A stretch of DNA of 64,000 nt from an uncultured Gemmatimonadales bacterium (lineage in GTDB: Bacteria; Gemmatimonadota; Gemmatimonadetes; Gemmatimonadales; Gemmatimonadaceae). Within the stretch, counting starts at the first letter, position 1. Each line of letters opens with the position of its first letter. The position numbers were made by a program, and so were the translations under genes. Positions 35,740 to 45,843 of the stretch are shown piece by piece. A model generated the notes under the pieces. The model did not search any database. It was given only the letters and a program-made list of their open reading frames with translations, and was not told where the DNA came from. The stretch lies in the NCBI GenBank assembly GCA_963707505.1, contig CAVPQB010000002.1:96001-160000 (forward strand), written 5' to 3'.

Positions 35740-37062
35740 TCAGTATTTCGCGAGGTAATTGTCCAGCTCCCACTTGCTCACCTGCATCATGTACTCGCGC
35801 CACTCCTCACGCTTCGCAGCGAGAAAGTGGCGTGTGACGTGCGGGCCGAGCGCGTCACGAACGACGTCGTCCTTCTCGAGCTCGTCGCAGGCTTCGTTGA
35901 GATCGTGAGGAAGGTCGTCGATGCGCAGGCGCCGGCGCTCGCGGTGTGACATCTCCCAGATGTTCTCGTTGACGGGCTCGCGGTAATCGGCGCGCGTTTC
36001 GATCCCGTCCAGGCCGGCGGCCAGCATCACGGCCAGCGCGAGATACGGATTGGCCGACGGGTCCGGCGCGCGATGCTCCACGCGCGTGCCGATCTTGCGG
36101 CGCGCGGGAATGCGCAGCATCGGAGATCGGTTGCGCATCGACCACGCGACATTGGCTGGCGCTTCGTATCCGGTGAGAAGCCGCTTGTAGGAATTGACGA
36201 GCGGGTTGGTGATAGCCGTGCACGCGCGCGCGTGCTTGAGCAGACCGCCGATGTAATGAAGCGCGGTCTCGCTGAGCTCGTACTGGCCCGCGGCGTCATA
36301 AAATGCGTTCTCGCTGCCGCGAAACAGCGACTGGTGCGTGTGCATTCCGCTGCCGCTCTGGCCGAAGATCGGTTTGGGCATGAACGAGGCGACGAGGCCG
36401 AACTGCTGAGCCACGTATTTGACGACAAACCGGAACGTCGTGATGTTGTCGGCAGTGCGCAGAGCATCGGCGTAGCGAAAATCGATCTCGTGCTGACCGT
36501 GCGCTACCTCATGATGCGCGGCCTCGACCTCGAATCCCATCTTCTCCAGCGCCACCACAATCGCTCGGCGCGCGTCCTCCCCGAGGTCGGATGGAGCGAG
36601 ATCGAAATAGCTCCCGACGTCGTGGGTGGCGGTGGAGACGTTACCTCCGGCACCCGGCCGGAACATGAAGAATTCGGCCTCCATGCCAGCATTCATGCGG
36701 AAGCCCATGGCCTCCGCCTTCGCGACCGCGCGCTTGAGAACCCAGCGAGGATCTCCCTCGAAGTGATCGCCATCGGGGGTGTGCACATCGCAGATGACCC
36801 GAGCGACCCTGGCATCGGGGTCCCCCCAGGGATATACCTGGAAAGTGGACAGGTCCGGGACAAGGAGCATGTCGGACTCCTCGACGCGCACGAACCCTTC
36901 TATTGAGGAGCCGTCGAACATGATGTCGCCGTCGAGGGCCTTCTCGATCTGGGAGGAAGGGATCTCGACGTTCTTGTTGATGCCCAGGATATCGGTGAAT
37001 TGGAGCCTGAGGAATCGGACACCTTGTTTCTTTGTGATGTCCAAAATTTCCTGTTTTTGCAT
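35740..37062 (-). CDS. glnA: Glutamine synthetase type I (GSI-alpha-like)
   Basis: FDGSSIEGF, EAEFF, HHEVAHGQHE, FMPKP, GSGMH, NPYLA. Confidence 0.93.
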   Translation of the reverse strand: MQKQEILDITKKQGVRFLRLQFTDILGINKNVEIPSSQIEKALDGDIMFDGSSIEGFVRVEESDMLLVPDLSTFQVYPWGDPDARVARVICDVHTPDGDHFEGDPRWVLKRAVAKAEAMGFRMNAGMEAEFFMFRPGAGGNVSTATHDVGSYFDLAPSDLGEDARRAIVVALEKMGFEVEAAHHEVAHGQHEIDFRYADALRTADNITTFRFVVKYVAQQFGLVASFMPKPIFGQSGSGMHTHQSLFRGSENAFYDAAGQYELSETALHYIGGLLKHARACTAITNPLVNSYKRLLTGYEAPANVAWSMRNRSPMLRIPARRKIGTRVEHRAPDPSANPYLALAVMLAAGLDGIETRADYREPVNENIWEMSHRERRRLRIDDLPHDLNEACDELEKDDVVRDALGPHVTRHFLAAKREEWREYMMQVSKWELDNYLAKY

Positions 37063-37174
37063 TTTTTAGTCTCGTTTGCTTGCGATTGGCGACTTAAATA
37101 TGCAGATTGAGACCTCAGTTGTGCAAGTTTTGCAATTTTCCCATAACACCAGGCCTCGCAGCCGACCCCCACAA

Positions 37175-39388
37175 ATGCCTACCGCCCGCCAGCTAGCTGT
37201 CCAGGACATCTCCGCCCGCGTTACCGACGAATCCTCCACACCCGTGCCTCTCCGCACGTCCGAATATTTTGGCGTCAACACCTTTGGCGCGCGCCAGATG
37301 CGCGAGAAGCTTCCCAAGGAGATCTACGTCAAGCTTCTCTCGGCGGTTCGCCAGGGGAAGAAACTCGATCGCGACATCGCGCCGACGGTCGCGCAGGTGA
37401 TCAAGGACTGGGCGGTGTCGCGCGGGGTGACCCACTTCACTCACTGGTTCCAACCGCAGACCGGACTGACAGCAGAAAAGCACGATGCGTTCCTCACGTT
37501 CGACGACGAGTTGGAGCCGATGGAGTCGTTTTCAGCGGCGCAGCTAATTCAGAGCGAGCCGGACGCATCGAGCTTTCCGTCAGGCGGATTGCGCGCGACG
37601 TGGGAGGCGAGAGGCTATACGGCGTGGAACCCTGCGAGCCCGGTGTTCATCGTCGAGAGTGCCGGAGCACGCACGCTGTGCGTTCCATCGGTATTCATTG
37701 GCTACAACGGCGAGGCGCTCGATGAGATGACGCCGCTGCTGCGCAGCTCCGACGTCCTGTCACAGAAGGCGACCGAGCTGCTCGAGCTGATGGGCGACAG
37801 GGGCGTACGGCGAGTCTACACGACGCTTGGCGCGGAGCAGGAATATTTCCTGATCGACCGTACGCTGTTCGCGATGCGACCGGATCTGGTGATGGCGGGA
37901 CGTACGCTGATCGGCGCTGCACCATCGCGCGGGCAGCAGTTGGAGGATCACTACTTCGGCGGAATTCCGGAGCGCGTGCAGGCGTGCATCGCAGAAGTGG
38001 AACACGAGCTGTACAAGCTGAGCGTGCCGATCGTCACACGACACAACGAAGTTGCACCGTGCCAGTTCGAGATGGCGCCGATGTTCGAGGAGACCGACAT
38101 CGCCGTCGATCACAATCAGATAGTGATGGCGACGCTGCGGCGCATCGCATTGCGTCACGGCCTGCAGGCGTTGCTCGCGGAAAAGCCGTTCGCTGGTGTG
38201 AACGGAAGCGGCAAGCACTGCAACTGGTCGATGGCGGTGCGGTCGGACGATCCGGCGCTCGATGGTGTCAACCTGCTCAAGCCGGGCAAGACGCCGCATC
38301 AGAACATTCGCTTCCTGCTCTTTCTCGCGGCAGTGCTGCAGGGCGTGAACAAGCATGCGGGTCTTCTTCGCGCGGCTATCGCAACGTCCGGCAACGAGCA
38401 CAGGCTCGGCGCGAACGAGGCGCCGCCGGCGATCATCTCGGTATTCATGGGCACCATGCTCACGCGCGTGATCGACGAGATCATCGACGGCAAGAGCACC
38501 AAGAGCGCCGATCAGCAGATGATCGGGCTCGGCGTCGCCAAGTTGCCGGAGATCGAGAAGGACAACACCGATCGCAACCGCACGTCACCGTTCGCGTTCA
38601 CGGGGCAGAAGTTCGAATTCCGCGCGGTCGGCTCGAGTCAGAGCATCGCCTTCCCGATCGTTCTGTTGAACGCCGCAGTCGCCGAGGCGATTTCTGATAT
38701 TACCGAAGAACTGCGTGAGGAATTGAAGGATGGGAAGCGTGACGCGAAGTCGATCGACGACGCCGTGCTGAAAGTCGTGCGCAAGTCGTTCAAGGAGAGC
38801 ACTCCGGTTCGGTTCGAGGGAAACAACTACTCCGCCGACTGGGTGAAGGAGGCGGAGAAGCGCGGCCTGCTGAATCTGCGCCGTACGCCGGAAGGGTTGC
38901 AGCAGCTCGTCACCAAGCAGTCACGCAAGATGCTCACATCGCTCGGCATCTTCACGAACGAGGAACTGGACTCGCGATATCACGTGCGACTCGAGCGCTA
39001 CACCAAGGACATGCTGATCGAGCTCCATACGCTGTGCGAAATGGTCGATACACTCGTCATTCCGGCCGTGCTTGGTTACGTCGGATCGCTCTCCAGCACG
39101 GCAGCGCAGGCGAAGGCCGCCGGAATCACGGTCATCCCGCAGATTGGAATCGCCAACAAGATTGGCGCGACGATCGAGCAGCTGCTCAAGCGACACGAGA
39201 AACTTGTCGGCGTGATTGCGAAGGCCGAATCGATGCACGACGATCCGGGTGCGCAGGCGAAGCTGCTCACGAGCGCAGGTGCGGATGCGATGGCCGAAGT
39301 GCGCGAAAAGTGCGACGAGCTGGAGCTGATGGTGTGCGACAGCGATTGGCCGCTGCCGAAGTACCGCGAGATGTTGTTTCCGGTTTGA
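37175..39388 (+). CDS. Glutamine synthetase type III
   Basis: THFTHWFQP, EPDASSFPSGGLR, EQEYF, HNEVAP, NGSGKH, DRNRTSPFAFTG, WPLPKY. Confidence 0.93.
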   Translation: MPTARQLAVQDISARVTDESSTPVPLRTSEYFGVNTFGARQMREKLPKEIYVKLLSAVRQGKKLDRDIAPTVAQVIKDWAVSRGVTHFTHWFQPQTGLTAEKHDAFLTFDDELEPMESFSAAQLIQSEPDASSFPSGGLRATWEARGYTAWNPASPVFIVESAGARTLCVPSVFIGYNGEALDEMTPLLRSSDVLSQKATELLELMGDRGVRRVYTTLGAEQEYFLIDRTLFAMRPDLVMAGRTLIGAAPSRGQQLEDHYFGGIPERVQACIAEVEHELYKLSVPIVTRHNEVAPCQFEMAPMFEETDIAVDHNQIVMATLRRIALRHGLQALLAEKPFAGVNGSGKHCNWSMAVRSDDPALDGVNLLKPGKTPHQNIRFLLFLAAVLQGVNKHAGLLRAAIATSGNEHRLGANEAPPAIISVFMGTMLTRVIDEIIDGKSTKSADQQMIGLGVAKLPEIEKDNTDRNRTSPFAFTGQKFEFRAVGSSQSIAFPIVLLNAAVAEAISDITEELREELKDGKRDAKSIDDAVLKVVRKSFKESTPVRFEGNNYSADWVKEAEKRGLLNLRRTPEGLQQLVTKQSRKMLTSLGIFTNEELDSRYHVRLERYTKDMLIELHTLCEMVDTLVIPAVLGYVGSLSSTAAQAKAAGITVIPQIGIANKIGATIEQLLKRHEKLVGVIAKAESMHDDPGAQAKLLTSAGADAMAEVREKCDELELMVCDSDWPLPKYREMLFPV

Positions 39389-39397
39389 TGAAACCGA

Positions 39398-39439
39398 CTC
39401 CAGGATTGCGTCAAGCATATTGCTGACGCAATCCTGGAG
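39398..39439. terminator. 16-bp stem hairpin between convergent genes
   Basis: CTCCAGGATTGCGTCA-N10-TGACGCAATCCTGGAG. Confidence 0.65.
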
Positions 39440-39460
39440 CACTAAACAGGCCGTAGCTGC

Positions 39461-39835
39461 CTACTTCGGAGGGGCTTGACGTCCAATCCCGTACGGATAC
39501 ACGACTCTAATGCCGATCAGGACGCCTATGAGTGCAACAGGCAGCACCCACATAGCTGGCACAAACTGATTCGCAAGGTCATGAACAACGCTAAACGCGC
39601 CGGCGAAACCGAACACGATGTAACCAATCGCCAAGCCAATCTCTGGCCAGGGTTTACCCTCGCGAATGTCCTCAATGAGGAGCATTGTTCCAACACCGGC
39701 AATCACCAGCGCAATCGTAAGTAGCACATGAAGAAATCGTTCGCGACCGGTGCCTGGTGCGGCTAACCCTATGACAATAGCGAGCGGAAGTGAAAGCGCC
39801 ATTGCCCAGTTGCGAACTCGTGATGGTTTCGGCAT
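39461..39835 (-). CDS. Small 4-TM membrane protein (immunity-like)
   Basis: GGAGG RBS inside the upstream gene end, ATG 1 nt after its stop, four hydrophobic helices. Confidence 0.6.
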   Translation of the reverse strand: MPKPSRVRNWAMALSLPLAIVIGLAAPGTGRERFLHVLLTIALVIAGVGTMLLIEDIREGKPWPEIGLAIGYIVFGFAGAFSVVHDLANQFVPAMWVLPVALIGVLIGIRVVYPYGIGRQAPPK

Positions 39836-39836
39836 T

Positions 39837-41129
39837 TCAAGCCTCCATGGACAAATCAATGCAGTATTCGCCATCTGCGGTGCATTGCCAACCACTACCG
39901 TAGGAAGCTATAAATTCCTCAATTACCTCGTTCAGCGACGTAAAGTCTACACTTTCAGTGCCATCGTCCGACCAGTACGACCCGCTGGCGCCGGCTGAAT
40001 TATCAGCAATTCCATGTGCATGGCGGCACGCACTTAGATCGTTTTGGAGTTGATTGAGTTCCCAAAGTTCGTAGATATAGTATCCTACGCTGAACGCTGT
40101 AACCCCACATGCGATAACTGCTACCGGCGTTAATACGCCCCCGCTTCCCACCGCCGCCAGTATCGCTTCACCACAGTCGGCAACCTCAAAGGGTGTTCCA
40201 TAACCCTCGACGAACAGCTTCCCAAGAACGTAATTGTAGTGGTTCTGGATCTTGTCGCACTCTGGCGTTTCGTCGTGCAAACCACCGTCATACCAACCAT
40301 CGTCAAAACCCCATGGATTTTCAAATTCGTCCGCCTTCGCTTCGTCGGGAAGGAACGTTGACTCCGCAAAACTCTCAGCGCTTTTTAATACTTGCCTCAA
40401 CGTGGCGAGAGCACGACCTTTCCGTGGGTGTCCCGAGGAGTCGTTTAGGAACGCAACGGCAGTATCCGCGAAGTTCCAGGACTGATTGATCTCGGCCAGG
40501 GGTGTGCCAGTAGAGTCAAAGGCTAAAATATGAATCTTCTTGGGTGTCCAATGGCCGCCCCGCCACGCGTGCCGCATCCCCATCACAAGGGTTGGCTTCC
40601 CGTCAACGAAGATGAACATCTGCCGGGCAGGCGAACCTGGCAGTTCGTCGTCGTCATGTAGTGTGGCAACTGAAATGACGTGCCCAGAGCGTGAATCTCG
40701 ATGAGACACGACTTCATGCCGGCCGTGGAAGCGCGTGTCCGGACTACCAGCACCCAAGCGGTTCAACGCTGGCAGCAGAGTTCCGCGCGATGCTGAAACC
40801 AGGGCGCTACTTCCGATCAGATGAGCACATGGGCCGACGCCGATGAGTGCTTGAACCTTTACATCAGAATCGGCCCGAGGTGACGGCTGCCAACCAAACA
40901 TATCACCCTTCTGAACCGACTTTACATCCTGCGCATCCTTTGTTATAACAGTTCCCTTCGGAGTGAAATATCGGATCTCAGATGTTACTTGGGCAGCCAT
41001 GAGTACAGCGTCTCCATCCATTGTGTCAAGGTGCTTCGGATCAGTCGGTGTATCAGAACAGGCTGATACAAGCACCATCACAGACACTGTAGCAACGACT
41101 ACGCTCGAAAATATGCATCGATTACACAT
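39837..41129 (-). CDS. Hypothetical lipoprotein with Cys-flanked hydrophobic C-terminal domain
   Basis: Lipobox LVSA-C, lower GC, C-terminal DCGEAILAAVGSGGVLTPVAVIACG. Confidence 0.65.
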   Translation of the reverse strand: MCNRCIFSSVVVATVSVMVLVSACSDTPTDPKHLDTMDGDAVLMAAQVTSEIRYFTPKGTVITKDAQDVKSVQKGDMFGWQPSPRADSDVKVQALIGVGPCAHLIGSSALVSASRGTLLPALNRLGAGSPDTRFHGRHEVVSHRDSRSGHVISVATLHDDDELPGSPARQMFIFVDGKPTLVMGMRHAWRGGHWTPKKIHILAFDSTGTPLAEINQSWNFADTAVAFLNDSSGHPRKGRALATLRQVLKSAESFAESTFLPDEAKADEFENPWGFDDGWYDGGLHDETPECDKIQNHYNYVLGKLFVEGYGTPFEVADCGEAILAAVGSGGVLTPVAVIACGVTAFSVGYYIYELWELNQLQNDLSACRHAHGIADNSAGASGSYWSDDGTESVDFTSLNEVIEEFIASYGSGWQCTADGEYCIDLSMEA

Positions 41130-41468
41130 CCGATCAACGACAACCCTACCTTTGAGCTACTCATCGCCAACTCCTAGAAAAAGGGAGGACAGAAAAGCTG
41201 CTACGGAGGGAAAATGACGGCCGCCAACGAATATGTACCCTTATTCGGGTAGCGCTAGTGCTAATTCAAGACAAAGGATGCGATTTTGAGACAATAGACG
41301 GGACGCCAAGTACTTCTAACCGTACGCAAGCACAGGTGGGTCACGATCACCAATTTTGAGGGAGAATTACATTCGCAACTGCCTCGGGAGCGAGGTAGGC
41401 ATTTTCGAAAGCCTATGTCGCAGTACGTCCGTGCCGTTTAAGTCCGTGGCGGCATGCATCGAGATTGC

Positions 41469-42992
41469 TCACCTACTCGACCAAACCATCTTTCCCTTCT
41501 CACTCAATACTTCACTTCCGAGCCGTAGCACGCCATCAATCAATACGTCGATATCGGACATCCTCGCGCGGTGATTCACGTTCGCAACTCGAATTGCGAA
41601 CCGACCGTTCAGTACCGTGCTCGATGGAACTGCGAGGCCGGATTCCTGAATGCGAAGCAAGACTTCGGTATTGATTGCGTCGAGCATTTCATCGGCGACA
41701 CCGGCGGGTGCGTAGCGGAGGCACGCGATGTTGAGTGGCGCGGGCGCAAGCAGCTCGAGATCCGGATGGGCCTCGACGCGCCCCGCGAGATAGCGTATCT
41801 GCGCGACGTTCTGCTCAACCATGCGCACGAGCTTGTCGACGCCATCGGCCTTGAGCGACAACCAGGCCTTGAGCGCCTTGAAGCCGCGCGTGAGATCGAT
41901 GCCGCGATCGGCAAACGGCAGACCGCCAGCAATGACGCCTCGCGTCGCGGCGGCAAGATAGCTGGCTGGTGCCGCGTACGTCGCCATGTGCACTTCCGGA
42001 TCACGCACGAGCACGCACGCGCACTCGAACGGAAGGTCACCCCACTTGTGCAGATCGAAGCCGAGTGAGTCGGCACGTTCGAGGCCTGCAACTTGTGGGC
42101 GCAGTTCATCCGACAGGTAGGCGAGCGCGCCGAATGCGCCATCGACGTGGAACCACAGATTCTCGCGCCGGCAAAATTCGGCGATCGCAGTGAGATCGTC
42201 GGATGCTCCCGTGTTCACCGTGCCAGCTGTACCGACGACGCAGAACGGTGTCAATCCAGCAGCGCGATCCGCCGCAACCATCTCGGCGAGCGCTGCCATT
42301 TCGATTCGGTAATTCGAGTCCACGGGCACACGCCGGAACGCTCTGTCGCCCAGGCCCATGAATTCGGTGGCCTTGCGCGCCCAGCCGTGAGTCTCGGAAG
42401 ATCCGTAGAACACGAATGGACCGCGCTGTGGCGCGTCCGGCCATTGTTGTACACCGTCCTCGCGCACGTCGATGCCCAGCTCGCGCGCTTTCGCAAAGCG
42501 CGCAACGCCGAGTGCGAGTGTGCTTGCCATGGTGCCACCGGTAACGAGAACTCCACTTCCGCCTGGCATTCCGAGCAGTTCAGCCAGCCAGTCTATCAAC
42601 TGTTGCTCCACCAGCGCTGGCGCCTGATTGAAACCAGCCATGTGCGGATTCAGTCCTGAGGCGAGCATGTCGGCCATCATTCCAAGTGGCGTTCCGTTTC
42701 CCTTCACCCAACCGAAGAATCGTGGGTGCAGATTGCCGTCGGGATACGGGAGCACGTTCTGGACGAAATCACGATACGCCGCTTCCGCACCGACACCCGT
42801 GCGTGGAATCGGCTCCGCGAGCGCCTCTCGCACCGACGCCGGCATCTCACGCCATGCGGGCTGCTCGCGCAGGCTCTCCAGGTGACCGAGCATGTCGTCC
42901 ACCATGCGGTGCGACAGCGCGCGAAAATTTTCCCATTCTTCTGGTGAAGCCGGGTCGAAGGTTTCTTCAGGCGGATTGTTGGGGGACGTCAT
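41469..42992 (-). CDS. PLP-dependent group II (aromatic amino acid-type) decarboxylase
   Basis: HPRFFGWV, TAGTVNTG, HVDGAFG, DLHKW (PLP lysine). Confidence 0.9.
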   Translation of the reverse strand: MTSPNNPPEETFDPASPEEWENFRALSHRMVDDMLGHLESLREQPAWREMPASVREALAEPIPRTGVGAEAAYRDFVQNVLPYPDGNLHPRFFGWVKGNGTPLGMMADMLASGLNPHMAGFNQAPALVEQQLIDWLAELLGMPGGSGVLVTGGTMASTLALGVARFAKARELGIDVREDGVQQWPDAPQRGPFVFYGSSETHGWARKATEFMGLGDRAFRRVPVDSNYRIEMAALAEMVAADRAAGLTPFCVVGTAGTVNTGASDDLTAIAEFCRRENLWFHVDGAFGALAYLSDELRPQVAGLERADSLGFDLHKWGDLPFECACVLVRDPEVHMATYAAPASYLAAATRGVIAGGLPFADRGIDLTRGFKALKAWLSLKADGVDKLVRMVEQNVAQIRYLAGRVEAHPDLELLAPAPLNIACLRYAPAGVADEMLDAINTEVLLRIQESGLAVPSSTVLNGRFAIRVANVNHRARMSDIDVLIDGVLRLGSEVLSEKGKMVWSSR

Positions 42993-43139
42993 CTCGTATT
43001 GGTTCAGATCTGCATCGCAAGCGACACGCGATGCCTGAAAGAACATAGTGGGCGGACGGCGAGATTCGCCAATGCTGCCCGGCGAGGCATTTACGGGCGG
43101 GGCTGGATATTGCGTAACCATGTTGTTACATATTCCTGC

Positions 43140-43514
43140 ATGCCTCGTGTCATTCCCCGGACAGACCCGTTCCACGCCGTCGCCGATCCCACGCGGCGGG
43201 CGATCCTGGACCGCTTACGGCGCGGTGCCGTGCCGGCGAGCGAGATCGCTGCCGGTTTCAGGATAAGCCGCCCCGCCGTGTCGCGACATCTGCGTGTATT
43301 GCGCGATGCGCGCCTGGTGCGCGAGCAGCGCGGTGGCGGAATCGACGGGCGACAGCGCGTCTACGAGCTGACACCGGCGCCGCTCACCGATGTAGCGAAG
43401 TGGATTGCCGGCTACCAGAAGTTCTGGCCGTCCAATCTCGCGAATCTCAAACGGCATATCGAGGGTAGTACGGATTGGACCTTCGACCGCCCCCCGGAGA
43501 AACCTCAGTCATGA
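43140..43514 (+). CDS. ArsR/SmtB-family regulator
   Basis: ADPTRRAIL, SRPAVSRHLRVL, GRQRVY. Confidence 0.88.
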   Translation: MPRVIPRTDPFHAVADPTRRAILDRLRRGAVPASEIAAGFRISRPAVSRHLRVLRDARLVREQRGGGIDGRQRVYELTPAPLTDVAKWIAGYQKFWPSNLANLKRHIEGSTDWTFDRPPEKPQS

Positions 43515-43697
43515 CCCACGCAGCGACATTCGAACTCGCGGAGGCTCCGCACGTAGAAAAGGACAGAGACTGCAATAACGATCACGATACCATCGAGACT
43601 CGGAACGCTTGCACGTTCAAGGCATGAGCGGCGCATGCTCATCTGCGCCGCGTAGCACCTGTCACGCACGATCGATCAACACACAACTGATAGAACG

Positions 43698-44330
43698 ATG
43701 TCGACCCTCTACACACCTTACGTCATCGAGCGATCTTCTCGCGGAGAACACACATACGATGTGTTTTCGCGACTCCTCATGGATCGCATCATCTTCCTGG
43801 GAACGCCGGTCACTGACGACGTCGCGAACGTCATCATAGCGCAGCTGCTCTTCCTCGAAGCGGACAACGCCGAGCGCGACGTACATCTCTACATCAACTC
43901 GCCCGGCGGATCGGTATCAGCCGGACTCGCGATCTACGACACCATGCAATTCATGAAGGCGCCCGTGAACACCATCTGCATGGGATTCGCGGCGAGCATC
44001 AGCTGCTTTCTGCTCGCTGGTGGACGCGCCGGCAAGCGGTCTGCGCTACCGCACTCGCGCATCATGCAACACCAGCCGTCACAGTCCGGCGGTGGCGGCA
44101 CGGCGTCGGACGTCGAGATTCAGGCACGCGAGATCGTGTTCCTGCGCCGTAAGGTAAACGAGCTCATGGCAAAGCATACCGGCCGCCCATTGGAGCAGAT
44201 CGAGCATGACTTCGATCGCGACAACTACATGTCCGCCGAGCAGGCAAAGGAATACGGAATCATCGACCACGTCGTGACGCACAAGGGCGAGGTCGTCGAA
44301 GCGAGTAGAGAGCTGGCGGTTACGGCGTAA
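43698..44330 (+). CDS. clpP: ATP-dependent Clp protease proteolytic subunit
   Basis: [12 protein letters not shown] (Ser), MQHQP (His), DRD (Asp). Confidence 0.95.
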   Translation: MSTLYTPYVIERSSRGEHTYDVFSRLLMDRIIFLGTPVTDDVANVIIAQLLFLEADNAERDVHLYINSPGGSVSAGLAIYDTMQFMKAPVNTICMGFAASISCFLLAGGRAGKRSALPHSRIMQHQPSQSGGGGTASDVEIQAREIVFLRRKVNELMAKHTGRPLEQIEHDFDRDNYMSAEQAKEYGIIDHVVTHKGEVVEASRELAVTA

Positions 44331-44342
44331 CGGGTCACTCCG

Positions 44343-45665
44343 CTACGCCGCGGGCACTGCCCCGCCCGGCGTCAGCTTGTCGATGGCACCCGGAAGCACC
44401 TGCGCCAGCTTCGCGGAGAGTTCTTCTGGCGGGATGCCGAACTTCGCCGCAAGCTGCGTCATCGCATCCGAACCCAGCGCCGCGTGGAGCTGATCTCCGG
44501 TTATCGGCTCGTTCGTGCCGGTGCCGACCCATGACTTCACCGTACTGCCCAGCCCCTGCGACTCCAGCTGGCTGACTATTCCCTGCACGCCGCCATGCTT
44601 CTCGATCAGGCCATTGACGACAGTTGCCATCTCGGCGCCGACGACGCCACCCAGTAATCCGTCGAACAGTCCCATGGTTTCTCCCGGCGCGGAGGTGGTC
44701 CCGTCAGTCGGACGGGCGATTTGAAGTTGCGCGTCGTTCCCGTCCTTCGCTACCGCCCGTCCGACGATTATGGTTATGTTGTCCGTGCCACCGCCATCGA
44801 GCGCGTCCTGCAGCAATCCTTCGCACGCCTCGCGCGCGGACGTCATTCCGCGAAGCCGCTCAGCGATCCGCGCGTCGGAAACGTGTTTGGTGAGACCATC
44901 GCTGCAGATGAGATGAATGTTCTCCCAACTTGCCGCGAGGCGCGTGACCACTGGCGCCGTCTGCTCGCCGCCCAGCGAGCTGGACAGCACGTTCGCCCAC
45001 GGCGACGCGAGTGCTACCGGGCGCGTCATCACTCCCTGGTCGATGAACTCCTGCGCCATCGTCTGATCACGCGTGATCTGCGTCAGCACGTTGTTCCGGA
45101 ACAGGTAGTAACGTGAATCGCCAACCTGGAGCAGATAGATCCACGGCCACACGCCGATCCACAACGTCAGTGTCGTAGCCATTCCGCGCAGGTCGCTGTC
45201 ATCGCGCGCGCGCTGCAGCACCGCGTCGTGACTGGTTGTTGCGGCCTTCTGCAGCACGTCCACAAAGTCCTCTGCCTGTGCGTCGGACTGGTAGTAGCAG
45301 AGCGCGCTGTGTATCACGTATTGTGTGACCGCTTCGAGCGCTATCCGACTGGCCTCCTCGCCAGCGAGCTGTCCGCCGACTCCGTCGGCGACCATTGCAA
45401 TGAAGCCGGCGCGCTCGTTGCTCGCGCGAAGCTGCTCGGCTTCCGGAAGTGAAGTCGCCTTGATGTCGAGATGCTTGCGGAGGGACCCCAGCAGGAAATG
45501 ATCTTCGTTCGTCTTGCGAACCTTGCCGGGGTGCGTCAGCCCCCATACATCGATCTCTTCATCGAGCGGCTTGCGCGGCGTGGACGACTCGTCATCATCT
45601 GCCACTTGCAGTTCACCAGGTATGAAGCTGTGAGTCAGGCCGACAGCGTCGGGCGAAAGGTCCAA
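44343..45665 (-). CDS. PP2C/PPM Ser/Thr phosphatase reading in frame into a YidB/DUF937 domain (own RBS and ATG at 44675)
   Basis: NED, VADGVGG, VGDSR, CSDGL, GGTDNIT. Then GGAG-ATG MGLFDGLLG...LPGAIDKLTPGG. Confidence 0.85.
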   Translation of the reverse strand: MDLSPDAVGLTHSFIPGELQVADDDESSTPRKPLDEEIDVWGLTHPGKVRKTNEDHFLLGSLRKHLDIKATSLPEAEQLRASNERAGFIAMVADGVGGQLAGEEASRIALEAVTQYVIHSALCYYQSDAQAEDFVDVLQKAATTSHDAVLQRARDDSDLRGMATTLTLWIGVWPWIYLLQVGDSRYYLFRNNVLTQITRDQTMAQEFIDQGVMTRPVALASPWANVLSSSLGGEQTAPVVTRLAASWENIHLICSDGLTKHVSDARIAERLRGMTSAREACEGLLQDALDGGGTDNITIIVGRAVAKDGNDAQLQIARPTDGTTSAPGETMGLFDGLLGGVVGAEMATVVNGLIEKHGGVQGIVSQLESQGLGSTVKSWVGTGTNEPITGDQLHAALGSDAMTQLAAKFGIPPEELSAKLAQVLPGAIDKLTPGGAVPAA

Positions 45666-45843
45666 AATGCCGACAAGGGCGAATATACGCTGGCTGCCGA
45701 CGGGCAGCTACGCCGGCTGTACGCCGGCCGCCCACTGGCTGTTCGGCTGCTGGACCGGCGACGATCGACACCCCCATTCTCATTTGACCCGGGACCTGTT
45801 AACTCGCCTGAGCAGCAGCCAGCACCGGAAATCTTACACTCGC

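Noticed and set aside
37087..37104. Sigma-54 promoter (TGGC...TGC) for GSIII
   Set aside because: The GG-to-GC spacing is 2 nt longer than the strict -24/-12 consensus.
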